From: Octopus sinensis
Lineage: Eukaryota
Assembly: GCF_006345805.1 (NCBI RefSeq)
Contig: NC_043000.1
Span: forward strand, 80,228,001 to 80,292,000
Reading direction: 5' to 3'
Length of the DNA: 64,000 nucleotides
The position numbers were made by a program, and so were the translations under genes. A model generated the notes under the pieces. The model was not told the DNA's origin, did no database searches, and saw nothing but the letters and a program-made list of their open reading frames with translations. Numbering within the stretch: the stretch's first letter is position 1; every line of letters starts with the position of its first letter. Positions 1-13,101 of this stretch are shown here, piece after piece.

Positions 1-16
1 TTACCCATTCGCAAGC

Positions 17-780
17 GTGGAGAGGCATTACTTTCTAATGCAAAATAAACCAGTTTGTGATAGCAGGAAACGTCATGAAAATATAATTTTCACTGACACA
101 AGTAACAATTATGAGGACAAAACTGATAATGAATCCAAACGAACCACAGGCTCTATGGACAGCAATAAAATTAACCACAAAGACCAAAGAAGTATTATGA
201 CAGAGAAAAATGACACAATGGAGTACACACACTCACTCAATAGTCGTATAGACAACACACATGTAACTGCCAACTCCCCAAACAGAAATAATGTGGAAAA
301 TACCATGATAACTGATATCAACACAGACAACATCAGCTACAGCAACATGGAGTAGGGAAGCTTAACAGAAAACAATAACCAAATGAATAACAACAAAAAC
401 ATCGAGAATACAACCAATACCAACGTCAACACAAGCAACGGAGGGGAGGGGTGTATTTAGAAGTAACAATAGCTATGACAACGTGAATGATCCCATCACC
501 ACCCTCAACAGTGATAGCAGAACAAGTACTTTTGCAGCAGCAGCTGTGAAATGCCAACAAAAGTACTATGAGATGTTAGCCATGGCCCACAAACTCATAA
601 AAAGAGATAAAAACCTGGGCAAACCTTGCAATCTCAATTGAAGTGGAGGCAGAAATTGAGAAGAGGACAGTAAAGTATAAGTGCATCTAGGTGCAGTCTT
701 GAAGAGCAGAACCCTTCCACCTTCATAAGGAGATGGCATTGAGATCAGTCTGAGAGATGTCGGATCTTTTCCTTTTGAAC
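17..780 (+). pseudogene. Possible decayed ORF1 of an L1/Tx1-type LINE
   Basis: Asn/Thr-rich broken ORF (17..355 and continuing past a stop) upstream of a Tx1-like 3' end at 1800-2612; no diagnostic motif seen. Confidence 0.2.
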
Positions 781-840
781 AGCACTTTGTAATATAATTT
801 CTAGTCAACTAAACACTTTTAAACTTCGTATACTGGTAGA

Positions 841-1370
841 ATCATCATCATCATCATCATCATCGTTTAACGTCCGCTTTCCATGCTAGCATGGGTTGGA
901 CGGTTCAACTGGGGTCTGGCAAGCCCAAAGGCTGCACCAGGCCAGTCAGATCTGGCAGTGTTTCTACAGCTGGATGCCCTTCCTAACGCCAACCACTCCG
1001 AGAGTGTAGTGGGTGATTTTATGTGCCACCGACACAGGTGCCAGACAAGGCTGGCAGACGGCCACGCTCGGATGGTGTTTTTAATGTGCCACCGACACAG
1101 GTGCCAGACGAGGCTGGCAAACGGCCACGCTCGGATGGTGTTTTTTATGTGCCACCGACACAGGTGCCAGACGAGGCTGGCAGACGGCCACGATCGGATG
1201 GTGTTTTTTATGTGCCACCGACACAGGTGCCAGACGAGGATGGCGAACGGCCACGATCGGATGGTGTTTGTTACGTGCCCACAGCACGGAGGCCAGTCGA
1301 TGCGGTACTGGCTACGGCCACGTTCGGATGGCTTTCTTATGTGCCACCGGCACTGGTACCACAAGGATAC
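841..1370 (-). mobile_element. RTE LINE 3' end (5'-truncated) with (GAT)n tail
   Basis: Matches the 3' terminus of the long RTE at 31680-31848 (..CCCATGCTAGCATGGAAAGCGGACGTTAAAC(GAT)n). Confidence 0.85.
1021..1345. repeat. 63-bp tandem repeat within RTE 3' UTR (~5 units)
   Basis: ATGTGCCACCGACACAGG.. recurs at 1021, 1084, 1147, 1210, 1273, 1339. Confidence 0.9.
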
Positions 1371-1799
1371 AAATTCCATTGAATTTGTATTCATACAGCA
1401 CAGAATGTTGTTTACCTAAATGGACTCCAGCGATTGGTTAAAATTGCTGGAATGCTCGAAATTTCAGACGAAATATCTTACAAACTATAGAATTTTCTCG
1501 ATAAAGCCAAGAAAAAATGATGTTTTATAAACACAGTCTACCAGTATACGAAATTTAAAAGTGTTTAGTTAACTAGAAATTGTGTTGAAAGGTGCCGTTC
1601 AAAAGGAAAAGATCCGAGATGTCAAATTCAGTCAAAGAGCCCAAAGTTTTGGTAATAATCTCAGTCCTTAAAACTGACCAGCTTATAATGTACCCATCCT
1701 ACATGGGAAGAGAACAATAAAAGTTTGAATCCCCGGAATAAGACCAAGTATCAACAAACAAAACAAACATGCAGAAAAAGATAAACAGACAAACACGAA

Positions 1800-2612
1800 T
1801 TCACTTCCACAGAGAGAGGACGACTTCCAGAAATCCCTGGCCTTGCAGAGTTACCAGGGCCTCTGCCGGTTCATGATAAGCCCAACAGGCATAGGTGTGC
1901 AAGTCAGAGAGGCTTGTCTGAGATGCACATGGAGTGATGAAACCGTTCTGCATGCTCTTGTACAGTGTTCACACAGTGTCCGACTTGTGGAGCTTCGTGG
2001 AACAGTTATTGTCTCGTGTAGGACAGATCCAGCTATCATCCGAGTCCATCATGAAGATTGCCCCACCTCCTTCCTTTGGCCAGGAAGGACAGGCAGTTTT
2101 TGTCTGTCTGGTAGCTATGGTGAAAGAGGTTGTGTGGTGGACGCAATTGAAAGAGTTGAAGACGAATACCTTCCTCTTTGGCCAAGGCCTCATTAACTTT
2201 TTCAGCTTGCACCTGAAAAGGAAAGTGAGGCAGGAGGGGGAGGTGCTATCACCCAATAAGTTTGTTGAAAGGTGGGTGAATGTGGCAAGAATGGCTCATA
2301 TGAGACTCTAAGTATCTGTCTGTAAGCTGGATGGAATATAGAGGAGAGAGGTGTCTGCCTGAGGTGCCTTTGGTGTTAGGGGGTCCAAAGTGTGTGAGGC
2401 TTCTTTGGTCACTTCTTGGTTGAACTCTCCGCCATCGAGGAAGTACATTTCCCTCACCAATATCCTTGTTAATTGTTGTGTTTGTGTTTTTTTTTGCTGT
2501 TTATACATTTACTCCCACTGTCCATCATCTGTGTATCGTCCTTTGTTTTGTGTTTGGACCTGGTGTCCAATAAAGAAAGTATTATTATCATTATCATTAT
2601 TATTATTATTAT
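1800..2612 (+). mobile_element. L1/Tx1-clade LINE 3' end (zf-RVT-like C-terminus, (ATT)n tail)
   Basis: Frameshifted C-x2-C..ETVLHALVQC motif followed by LWSFVEQLLSRVG..; AATAAA at ~2569 and (ATT)n tail 2580-2612. Confidence 0.7.
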
Positions 2613-2789
2613 TGAGTGAGAGAATAGAGCATGCCATCAAAGTGATCTTGGGGTACAAATATACAAAGCCCAAAATACCCAACATGACTACTTGTCTGAT
2701 GAGGGTGCACCAAGCACATGCATCACAATCATATGTGTGCAACATGATAACTACATATCAAGAGTAACACACTCAGCAAAATACTTAGT

Positions 2790-2960
2790 AGCAGCATTTC
2801 AGCCATCTTTATGTCCTGAGTTCAAATTCCACCATGGTCAATATTACCTTTCATTCTTTTAGGGGTTGATAAAATAAGTACCAGTTGAACACTGGAGTTG
2901 ATATAATCAACTTATGCCCACCCCAAAACTGCTGGCCTTGTGCCAAAATTTAAAAGCAAT
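2790..2960 (+). mobile_element. tRNA-derived SINE, degenerate (Deu/Nin-like central domain)
   Basis: B-box GAGTTCAAATTCC then CCTTTCAT..GGGGTTGATAAAATAAGTACCAGTT..ACTGG; same family as 53490-53726. Confidence 0.6.
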
Positions 2961-4212
2961 ATGTTACAAATCATTATTATTAAAGAAGTTATTAAAAGTG
3001 ATTATGAAAAATAATGATAATAATTGATGTTAATTGTTGTGGACAAGCAAAATCAGTAGAGCTTTATATATAATGCATTGTGGTATTTAGTTACATCCCT
3101 TTACATTCTGAGTCCATCTGTCCATTAAATATGATTCTCTTAACTCCCTTGAGTCAGGCATCATTATTAAATGGATGATTCAATTCATAGAACATCGGGT
3201 TGAATACCTAACATTATTTAGTTTCATATGTTGATGTTTTGTGTTCAAATCCCACTAGTTAAACTATCAGAAAATCAACATGGTTTATATAAGTTGATAA
3301 GAGGGAATGATAAGCAACAGACACATGAACCTGTTCCATCAGTTTAAAAACTAATTACTATTATTACTATTAAAGTTAGTGGACCAAACAATCAGTAAAC
3401 CAGTGGATAAAATTGCTTTGTGGTGTTTAGTTAAATCCCTTTACATTTTGAGTTCAAATCCTGTAAGTAGTCTTGTTGCATTTTTCCTTTCTTTGTTTCA
3501 TTCACCTTCATGTTTATAATCAAATCTTGTTGCATTTATGTTTTCTTTGTAACGTTCCTACATTTACTCCCAGATATAAGTTTTCAATATCTTTACAAAA
3601 GAAATTTCATATCATTCTATTTCTACCATTTTTGAAACAAAAATCAAAGACACATTTCTTACATGCCACAATGATTTTCAATTCAGTTCTTTAGTCCCAA
3701 TGTAATTCTTCAGTATCATACCTTACTATCTTTCTGAACAAAAGTATTGCAGCCTCTGCCATTATTGCTATGACAATTATGAAGACGCTATTGTCAGTTT
3801 TGATCATACAAAATTATCTAAGCTTCCTGTGAAAGAATTTCCGATCATGCTGTGTGTTAAGTTTTCATGAGACAAGATCTTTATCATCTGTGTTTCTTAT
3901 GGCCAATGGAAGTTTTTGTCATTGATCTTAAAATGCAGTAACTGGACAGATAAATGAGTATATCAGAATGTGTGTGTGTGTGTGTGTAAGATGTAAAACA
4001 CACACACACTCTCTCACACACATGTACATTGATCTTTCCCCTTTCCCTCTCCCTCCCCACACTGGACCACCAAATTATCTTTTCTAATGCACTATGCTTA
4101 CCTCTCTTTCTCTTATTCCCCAGCAGCCTACATTATCACTTGTCATTTCACTCTTGTCTTCCCCATGTCACCTGCATCATCCTTACCATCCTGTTGCTGC
4201 TCTCTCTCCCTC

Positions 4213-4233
4213 TCTATCTGTCTATCTATCTAC

Positions 4234-4330
<97 letters not shown>
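4213..4330. repeat. (CTAT)n microsatellite
   Basis: Directly visible. Confidence 0.95.
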
Positions 4331-4332
<2 letters not shown>

Positions 4333-5093
4333 ACTCCTTCACTCTCTCTTCTTTTAAACCTCTATCCATTGTTTTCTACATCTACCCCTACCCAATCTTT
4401 ACAGATGTTGCCCACTTCCCCTCTCCAATTTCTCTTATCTCTTGCCAATCTCTCATATAATCTTGCAAAATCCCCACTAACTCACACTCCTAGTTTTTCT
4501 GTCCTCACTCACTTCAGCTCAACTCATACCTTGAAGTCCCAACTGGACACCTCATCACCCATATTTTTTCCTTCACAGCTCCTCAATGTGAGTTGCCATG
4601 AAAAGAAAAATTGGGGTAATGAGGTATCCAGGTAGCAATGGGAGCTCCTCTACAATAAACATATGCTCCCTCCCACCTGCTTCTCACACATCTTAATTCT
4701 CATCTGCTAGCATATAGCTCCCCATCCTTGGGTTTCATAGTCATGTGAGCTGCTTGATGACCTCACTAGCATTGGTGACCCAACAAAAGCACCCCCTGTA
4801 AGTAGTGGCTATTAGGAAGAACATACAGGTATAGAGATCATATCAAAGCAGACATTAGAGCACAATGCAGCACTTAGACACATTGGATCCTGTCACATTG
4901 CCCAAATCAAGGCAGCATTGGATACAGATATTAAAAAATGATGCTGGTGGCCTGAGAAAAGCACCTAGTACACTCTGTAAAGTAGTGGCTGTTAAAAAGA
5001 GCATGCAGGCATAGTGACTATATATAATAATAATAATAATAACAATAATAATAATAATAAATGGAGATAATTGTTCTAATTATTATTGATTAC

Positions 5094-5129
<36 letters not shown>

Positions 5130-5134
<5 letters not shown>

Positions 5135-6905
5135 AATAGTAAAAAGTGAAAAAACTACAGAAGGCTTGTTTTAAAAGGTTAAAAAATATATATTTGAGTC
5201 ATTATGTCAGAAGAATGTTATAAATTTTTTTCATACAGTGACATAGTTTTTGAAGAAATTACCGGTTTCGTGTTTAACTTTTCAAATTTCTCAAAACATT
5301 GTTATGATTTCGTTCGTTAAGAAGTGTAAAGAAGAGTTCCAGGTAAGGGGAGGTAATAAGTGATTTCTTCCGGTGTAAGGGAGATAATCGCTTAATATTT
5401 CTTGAATTTTTTTAATGGGGTGAGTTTCTCTGTATAAGAATGTTAGAGTGGTTAAGTTTGGGCTTATATTTTTCAATGAAGAATGTTTTCTTGTTTAGTC
5501 AATTTGTGTTGGTGTTCCTATAGCACATTGATAAAATGGAAAGATTAAAAATTGTGGTAGTAGTTGCTTTGCACATTTCTCAATATGTTCACTAAAGGGT
5601 ATCATTCTGTATTCTGGGAATGCAATCTGTTGTCGATGATGTGTGCATCTACGTCTGAGTGATAGTCCTGTGGACCCCACGTAGTTTTGGTGGCAGCCCG
5701 AGCATCTTATGACATAAATTATGTTTTCAGAGGCACAAGTAAAATTAGATTTGATCTTGAATTTTTGTCCGTCTTTGAAGAGGAATTCTGATCCTTCTAG
5801 AAGGTTTGGGCATGTTGCACAGTTTGGTCTACCACATTTTTTTACTTTTGCATCCGTAATTTCAGAAAGCAATTTTGCCTTTGTGAGAATCTTTTTAAGT
5901 GATTTAGGTTGTTTGTAGCTTTTAATGATTTTATGTATGTTTAGAATTTCCTTTAATTTGGGGTCCTTATGAAGTATTGGTAAATTCTGGGTGATGATGG
6001 TAAAGGCTTCTTTGTTTCTGGTGTTGTATGTGGATATGTAAGGCAGTATTTTTGGGGAAGGTGTGTTGTTGTGTTGAACTTTTCTCAAAGTTTCTATGTC
6101 AATTTCTGTTGCACGTCTGATCCCATCCTCTATGAGTTGAACTGGATAGTGTCTGTCAATTAGGGTGTTTTTGAGTTCTTGAAGTCTAAAGTTCCTGGTA
6201 TTTTGTTCTGACACTATTGTGCATATCCTTCTTGCAAGGTTGAAAGGGATGTTTGTTTTAGTGTGTCTTGGGTGGCATGAATCAAAAAGTAGGTATTGTT
6301 TGGCATCTGTGGCTTTGTAAAAAATGTCTGTTTCTGTTTTAAGGTTAATCTTTTTAATTAGTATATCTAAGAATGGGAGCTCCTTTTGGTTGTATTCCAT
6401 TGTGAACTGTATATTTGGGTTGATGCTGTTCAATAGGTTTTTGAATTTTAGGAGTTTATCTGTGTTTTCATTCCAGAGTATAAAACAATCGTCCAGGAAT
6501 CGTTTCCAATTCTCTTTTACGTATTGAGAGAGGGGGTTTCCAAAGGTTGATAAAGATTCCTGGTAAATAATTATTTCCAGGTAGCCCATTGTTAGGTTCA
6601 CAATGACTGGTGCTGCCCTTGTACCCATAGCAATTCCGGATTTTTGACGGTAAAATGTATTGTCAAACATGAAGTGGTTATCATGTAGGATGAATTCAAC
6701 CGATTTAGTAATGAATTCTTTACTGATCCTTTTTGGTATTTCTGCTGGAAATTGGTCCAGCCAGAACTGTATTGCCTCTAGTCCATAATTATGAGGTATA
6801 CTGGTATATAAATTAACTACATCAAATGAAACCATGATTGTTTCTTCCTTGGCCTTTTTTGGAAGGTGGTTTAACATATCCAAGTCATCTCTGATATGGC
6901 TATCG
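5130..6905 (-). mobile_element. Penelope-like element (Neptune-like), 5'-truncated
   Basis: ORF 5495..6985(-): PLE RT (VSFDVVNLYTSIP, GIAMGTRAAP, RFLDDCFI, LPFLD, YLLFDSCHP), Cys linker KCGRPNCATC, GIY-YIG (IIYVIRCSGCHQNYVGST); the ORF part above ~6905 runs into the inverted arm. Confidence 0.92.
5253..5292 (-). ncRNA. Minimal type-I hammerhead ribozyme motif (U3-A8 variant) in PLE 3' UTR
   Basis: GAGAAAT-TTGAAAA-GT taaac AC-GAAAC CG GTA-ATTTCTT; 7-bp stem I, palindromic stem III ACCGGT. Confidence 0.7.
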
Positions 6906-6910
6906 ATATG

Positions 6911-7430
6911 CATCGACAACAGATTGCATTCCCAGAATACAGAATGATACCCTTTAGTGAGCATATTAAGAAATGCGCAAAGCAACTACTACCACAATTT
7001 TTAATCTTTCCATTTTATCAATGTGCTATAGGAACACCAACACAAATTAGACTAAACAAGGAAACATTCTTCATTGAAAAATATAAGCCCAAACTTAACC
7101 ACTCTAACATTCTTATACAGAGAAACTCACCCCATTAAAAAAAAATTCAAGAAATATTAAGCGATTATCTCCCTTACACCGGAAGAAATCACTTATTACC
7201 TTCCCTTACCTGGAACTCTTCTTTACACTTCTTAACGAACGAAATCATAACAATGTTTTGAGAAATTTGTAAAGTTAAACACGAAACCGGTAATTTCTTC
7301 AAAAACTATGTCACTGTATGAAAAAAATTTATAACATTCTTCTGACATAATGACTCAAATATATATCTTTTAACCCTTTAAAACAAGCCTTCTGTAGTTT
7401 TTTTCCCTTTTTACTATTTTCTATATATTC
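6911..7430 (+). mobile_element. Inverted duplicate of the PLE 3' end (pseudo-LTR)
   Basis: ~510 bp reverse complement of 5130-5640; includes ORF 6896..7138 C-terminus. Confidence 0.9.
7260..7299 (+). ncRNA. Hammerhead motif copy with A6>U core mutation
   Basis: GAGAAAT-TTGTAAA-GTTAAACAC-GAAACCGGTA-ATTTCTT. Confidence 0.55.
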
Positions 7431-7774
7431 AACCACGTGCTTTCACACACCAACTTTCTCACCTATATATAAAACACGTGAGACCGAAAATGCCACAGAA
7501 GACTAATACTTCGGATAAAACTACAAATGAGGACATACTTAAAGAACTTAAAAGTATTAATGCACAGCTCATTCATTCGTTTTTGTTTATAGAGTTGGGA
7601 AGAAGGTTAATTTTCGATTTTTTAATAAAGTTGCAGTTACTAACCTTCTTTCTATGTTCTACAAATTTTGCCTATCGGTGTACTTGCTTTGCAGTAAAAT
7701 GATTTAATTCTGGATGCAGATTGTCCCAATATTATTTCAATCAGCTCATATAGCTAACAGCGGGATTTTGTTTC

Positions 7775-8760
7775 ATTTTTCCGTAGCAGTTAAATAGATC
7801 ATTATTCAATTCATAACTCCAAGAGAAATGAATTTTGGGATCTTTTCCCTTTCAACGGCAGATCGAGAAATTAATTTTTTGTAACTAAACACTTTCAAAC
7901 TTCGGACACTGGTAAAATGTGTCATATAAAACATCTTTTACTCTTAGTGTTGTGGAGAAAAGTTTATATTTTCAAAGTTATTTCACGTTAAAGTTGTCGT
8001 ATTTCAGTAATTTCAACCAATCAATGATGTGTATTCAGCTGAATAAAATTACCGGTGTTGTTTATCAACAACAACTTCTGGCGGTGTATATTTCGTTTGT
8101 CACTGTTATTTATGACATATTTCATCTCAGTTATGTTCGGATGAATAAACAAGTGTATCTGAAGCATGTTTACTTCACGACACCTCCATAATTGTTTATG
8201 CATTTCTACTGCTTTTAGGTTATTTTTCCTGATTTTCAGCTACTATTTTCAGAAAGACTTCCTCCTCCACACCCCATTTTCTCGCAAACTATTGTTTTTA
8301 AAAAAAATGTTTTGCCAAAAACCCAGCTTTTCAGATATGGAAATTCCGGAAAATTGCCAAAAATCGGCATTTTGAAATTTCTTGCCCCCCTTTCCCTCAA
8401 TTTCTTCATTTTTCACTTTTTTCCGTAATTCTAACCCTAAACCCCCCCATCTAACCCTAACCCTAACCTCCCCCCCCCCACCGAAAGCTAAACATATGAA
8501 CGATGTCATAAATAACAGTGACAAGTGAAATATACACCACTGATAGTTATCATTGACATACAACGGCAGTAATTTTATTCAGCTGAATACACATCATTGA
8601 TTGGTTGAAATTACCAAAATACGACAACTTTGAAAATATAAACTTTTCTCAACAACTTTAAGAGTAAAAGATGTTCTACCAGTGTCCAAAGTTTGAAAGT
8701 GTTTAGTTACAAAAAATTAATTTCTCGATCACCTGTTGAAAGAGAAAAGATCCGAATTTT
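7775..8760. mobile_element. Fold-back element/MITE with ~300-350 bp inverted arms
   Basis: ~7775-8125 is an imperfect reverse complement of ~8500-8760; the spacer holds a short CTAACC repeat. Confidence 0.7.
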
Positions 8761-10839
8761 GTAGTTATGGTTTCTTATATAACTGCAGCTAGAAAAAGTT
8801 GTTTACCTGTTGAGCTGTTATTTTCATTTTGTTCCTCAATTGTGTTGTTGTTGATGTTGTGTCCAGCCATGTTGTTCGTAGTAACTCTCTGCATGCTAAA
8901 TTCAAGTTTCAGTCGAAAATCACAACAATCGTGAATAAAAGGCTCCCTCGGTTAATTCATCTGAAGATTAACCAGTTATTTAACAAGGCAGATAGTTGTG
9001 GCTCCAAAGCTGGAGATAGTATTTCAATAAATAGTCTCCCATGCCAAATACAATACTTGTCACTTCGAATGTATATATGTATGTATGTGTCTGTGTATGT
9101 GTGTGTAGAGAGAGAAAGAGACACACTGATACACATACACATATATACTTTTCTTTCTTTTGCAGTGCTGATACTGGGACAAAAACTGTTGGGAGCTTTT
9201 AAGAATTGATTGATACCTGCATGCATGTGTTCATCTAGTGCAAGCAGTTCACAATCGTGGGCAAACTGTAGTTCACAGATACTTAGTTGCCTATATAAGG
9301 TTTGATTCTGCTCTGTACCCTTCTCCTAGATCTGCCTTACTGCAAGATCATACCTGTAGTACCCCTTTCACAATGAAACCCATGCTGGTTTTCTGGTAGG
9401 AGATTTTTAGTTGTAGGATGGTTACAGAATTAATTCAGGGTTATTCTTGCCAAGGATTTGCAGGTGAGAAGATAAGGAGATAATGATGCAGACAAATGAA
9501 TAAGACTACTTGGGTTAGCTATACAAAATATAAATACATGTACACATATAAATAGAGAGAAAGCAAAGACTGAAAATTTTCAGGTGATGAATATTAAAGT
9601 TAAATATAGAGATATTTATGTATTAACAAACTACTTCTACTTCTCTCAATATCTTCATCACGCAGCCTCTCCAGCTTCCTGAACTAATCTCATCTCTTCT
9701 TACCCTTCCTTGCTTTGACACTCCCCACACATCCCTTGAGCTACTTACTTCCTCCTTCCACTAATCCTTGCCTTCCTCTTCGCTTATTGTACCTTTAAAT
9801 TTCCCTGCATAATGACTTGAAATGTTAGATTTTAATCTCTCTACCCTGAAGATGAAGGCCAGATTTACCCACTGTTTATTTGATTCCATTACTGGTTGCA
9901 TATTTTTGTGAACTGCATCTGAACATTATGAAGTAACTCTGAGCCCCCAGCAACAGCTGTTGAACTTGTAGCACCATACCTTCTCTCCTTTAATTTTCTG
10001 TGTCTTTGTACTCTGTGTAAGACTGCTCTGTTAATATATAAATATCTATATATTTATACTTGAATATTTGTCTGAAAAATTTCAATCTTTGCTTTCTCCC
10101 TTTTTACATGTATACATGTATATATATATTTTGTGTATCTAACCCAAGCAGTTTTATTCATCTGTCTGTATCATTATCTTTCTGTATATATGCATGTACA
10201 CACACACATTTATACACACAAGAACACATAGAAATTATTTGAGACTGGATTTGGTAAAATGTCTTTGAGATCAGCAGTTAAATGGCATTTAATGCCCCTG
10301 GGAGATTAAATCATTCCACAAAAATAATAACTAGCTTTGAAATCTTGAAGATGAGGATGAGAACTTAGACTAAATTTTCTCTCTTTAGTTGTAAAATTCA
10401 GTTGACATGGAATTATATATTTGAATATTCCAATACCAATATTTTGTATGACTTAGGAACATATATTGGTGAAATATTGATAATTCTTGAAATAGGTATA
10501 TGTCAGATAAACCTTTAAATACTCATAAGCTTCTTCTTACACTTGGGACAAGAACAGGACATATTCCAATAATGAATTTATATATCATGTATATATATGT
10601 GTGCTTGTTTGGTATAAAATCAAGTTTATATTATATCACACATACACACACACAAATATATATATATATTATAAATACACGTGTGCATACTCACTGAGAG
10701 TAATATATAAATAGGTCTCACAAGAGAGGATGTATATATTTATTCATAGATGGATGGAGATGTGTATATGCATATGTATGCATATCCATTCATCGTCTAT
10801 CTATAAATACATACATACTCAAATATATATGGACAGGTA

Positions 10840-10893
<54 letters not shown>

Positions 10894-10964
10894 CACATTA
10901 TTCCTATGAATGTATATAATCACGTATGTGAACATGTACACAATGTTATGCATGTATACATAGG

Positions 10965-11285
10965 CACAGGCATGACTGTTTAGTAAGAAGCTTGCTTCCC
11001 AACAACATGGATCTCGGTTCAGTCCCACAATGTGGGACCTTTTGCAAGTGTCTTCTACTATAGCCTCAGACTAACCAAGAAAACTGAAAGAAGCCGATCA
11101 TGTGTGTGTATGTGTGTGTGTGTGTGTCAATGTTTGTCCTCCAGCAGTGCTTGACAACCAGTGTTGGTTTTATTTACATTAACATAACTTAGTGGTTTGG
11201 CAAAAGAAACTGATGGACTAAGTAACAGGCTTAAAAAGAAGGTACTGGTGTCAATTCAGTCGAATGATCAAAACAAGTAAAGGAT
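10965..11285 (+). mobile_element. tRNA-derived SINE (CORE/Meta-like box ACCTT..GCAAGTGTCTTCTACTATAGCC)
   Basis: Same family as 13680, 49090, 55995 and 57735 copies; internal (GT)n. Confidence 0.65.
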
Positions 11286-12027
11286 AAAAAATATACTGTG
11301 AGCATGTATGCTTATCTTTCTTCTACCCCATCCCCACACTCCAACAACCAACCCATCCACATGACATCGCTTGTCCTTCTCTTATCTACTGTATTATCAT
11401 TCTTGTTCTGCTGCACTGCATTGTCAGTCATCTCTTACCTCTCTTAATACGTGTATCATTTGGTCATCCACCATACATCACATCTGCCTTTTAACTCTAT
11501 CCAGTCATTTTAGTGTTAGCCTACGTCCCCTCTCCTCACCCATTTCTCATCTCTCACCTCAAACTCACTTGCAACTACCACCCCTCTACACTCCTGGCCC
11601 CTCTATCTCACTCATCTTAGAAGTTCACTCTGCTACACCATTACTGCTAATTTTATCTCTATCCAGCTCCATCTGATCACTACCAAACCTTCTACTAAAA
11701 TGTAAATTGTCATGTAGTTTCTCAACAGTGAGAATACTGTTCTACACAGGTCCCTTCTCTTATAATTTTACCTGTTGTCTCCTGATTCATAGTCCTACAA
11801 GCTGCATGATCACCTCACTTGTGCTAGTGGCATGAAAAATAGCTCACAGTATATACTGTAAAGTGGTGGGCATTAGGAAAGGTATCCAGTCATAGAAACC
11901 ATGCCACATTATAGCACGATGCATTCTTTGGATACATTGGATCCTGTCAAACCCACTAACATATGCCAGCATGGAACATGGGCACAAAATGATGATGATA
12001 ATGATCTCTCTGTCTCTCCCTCCCTCC

Positions 12028-12060
<33 letters not shown>

Positions 12061-12249
12061 CATACACACACATATATAGTTGAAAAAGATTAGTGATCTA
12101 TACAAATCAAATTTTTATATATAAAGGATGGAGGTGGAAATAGCACAGAAGTAAGTCTAAGATATTTCTTAGACTTACTAAGACTTACTAAATGTCTAAG
12201 ACGTCTTAGACTAAATGTCTAAGAAATTAATAGTTCAAGCAAATTACAT

Positions 12250-12883
12250 AAAGGAAGCATTTATTCATCAAAATATATCCCATCATGTTCAATTACATGT
12301 TGCAATCAGTATGCTAAAAGCTCAATTCCCTATTTAAATTGTTTGACTGGATTAGAGACAAAAAACTTGCACCTGTTCTCAACCTCATCCATATTGTTGA
12401 ACCTCTATTCAAGCAGGATATGAGCCATGCCTCAGAGAAGGTGGTAATCTGATGGTGCTAGGTCTGAACTGTAGGCATGGAGAGGCAAAACGTCCATCCC
12501 CTCAAGTTCCTACTTGGTCAAAAGTGCTTGTGCTTGGCTGTTGTTCAATTCTTTCAAGCAAAGCCTTATCTTTCACAGCAGAAGATCTCCCTGACCCTGG
12601 TTTATCTTCGAGACTGGTATCACTTTCCTTGAAACATCTGAACCAGTTTAGTGCCATGCATTTGTTGACAGTTCCTGGGGCTTCAACATCATTAATTTCT
12701 TTTGCTGATGCCCTTGCATCCAGTCATCTTTTCCACAGGTAGTGTAAAATGGTTTGAATTGCAATTTTTTCACCACTTATTATCAACAATGATTGGACAA
12801 ACTGTATCAAATTAATGATATAACATGGAGATACAAGTTGCCAAAAACTATCAGTGAAAATCCGAACTTTCGATTCAACCTGG
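12250..12883 (-). mobile_element. Mariner transposon remnant (N-terminal HTH region)
   Basis: Reverse strand reads ..ASAKEINDVEAPGTVNKCMALNWFRCFKESDTSLEDKPGSGRSS..; TA|CCAGGTTGAATCGAAAG TIR-like end at 12883. Confidence 0.7.
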
Positions 12884-12943
12884 TATATATTTAAATATAT
12901 GTCTCTCTGTCTCTGTCTGTCTGTCTATCTGTCTGTCTGTCTG

Positions 12944-12993
<50 letters not shown>

Positions 12994-13101
12994 ATATATA
13001 TATATTACTGTTTTGTGATAGAAAATTCAACACAAGATGTACTCTATCTGGTGAGAGATAAATATTATTTATTTAAAGGTCATAATACATTTATTAAAGC
13101 A

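Larger units (their letters stand above)
795..1660. mobile_element. Fold-back/MITE remnant interrupted by an RTE 3' fragment
   Basis: ~45-bp inverted arms AATTTCTAGTCAACTAAACACTTTTAAACTTCGTATACTGGTAGA (795-840) and its complement (~1538-1582); related to the 7775-8760 element. Confidence 0.55.

Noticed and set aside
867-1419. Overlapping 119-178 aa ORFs; CRISPR-like look of the repeats
   Set aside because: Caused by a 63-bp (21-codon) tandem repeat in an RTE 3' UTR; no unique spacers and eukaryotic context
2696-2725. CTGATGAG plus small hairpin as a hammerhead
   Set aside because: No GAAA or stem III downstream
3710-3870. Possible exon (IIPYYLSEQKYCSLCHYCYDNYEDA..)
   Set aside because: Short open frame after a CAG; no recognisable homology
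8430-8470. Interstitial telomere
   Set aside because: Only ~3 TAACCC units inside a repeat element
9843-9930. CTGAAGATG..CATCTGAAC hammerhead-like
   Set aside because: GAAA core broken and stems I/III not recoverable; at best a dead PLE pseudo-LTR relic
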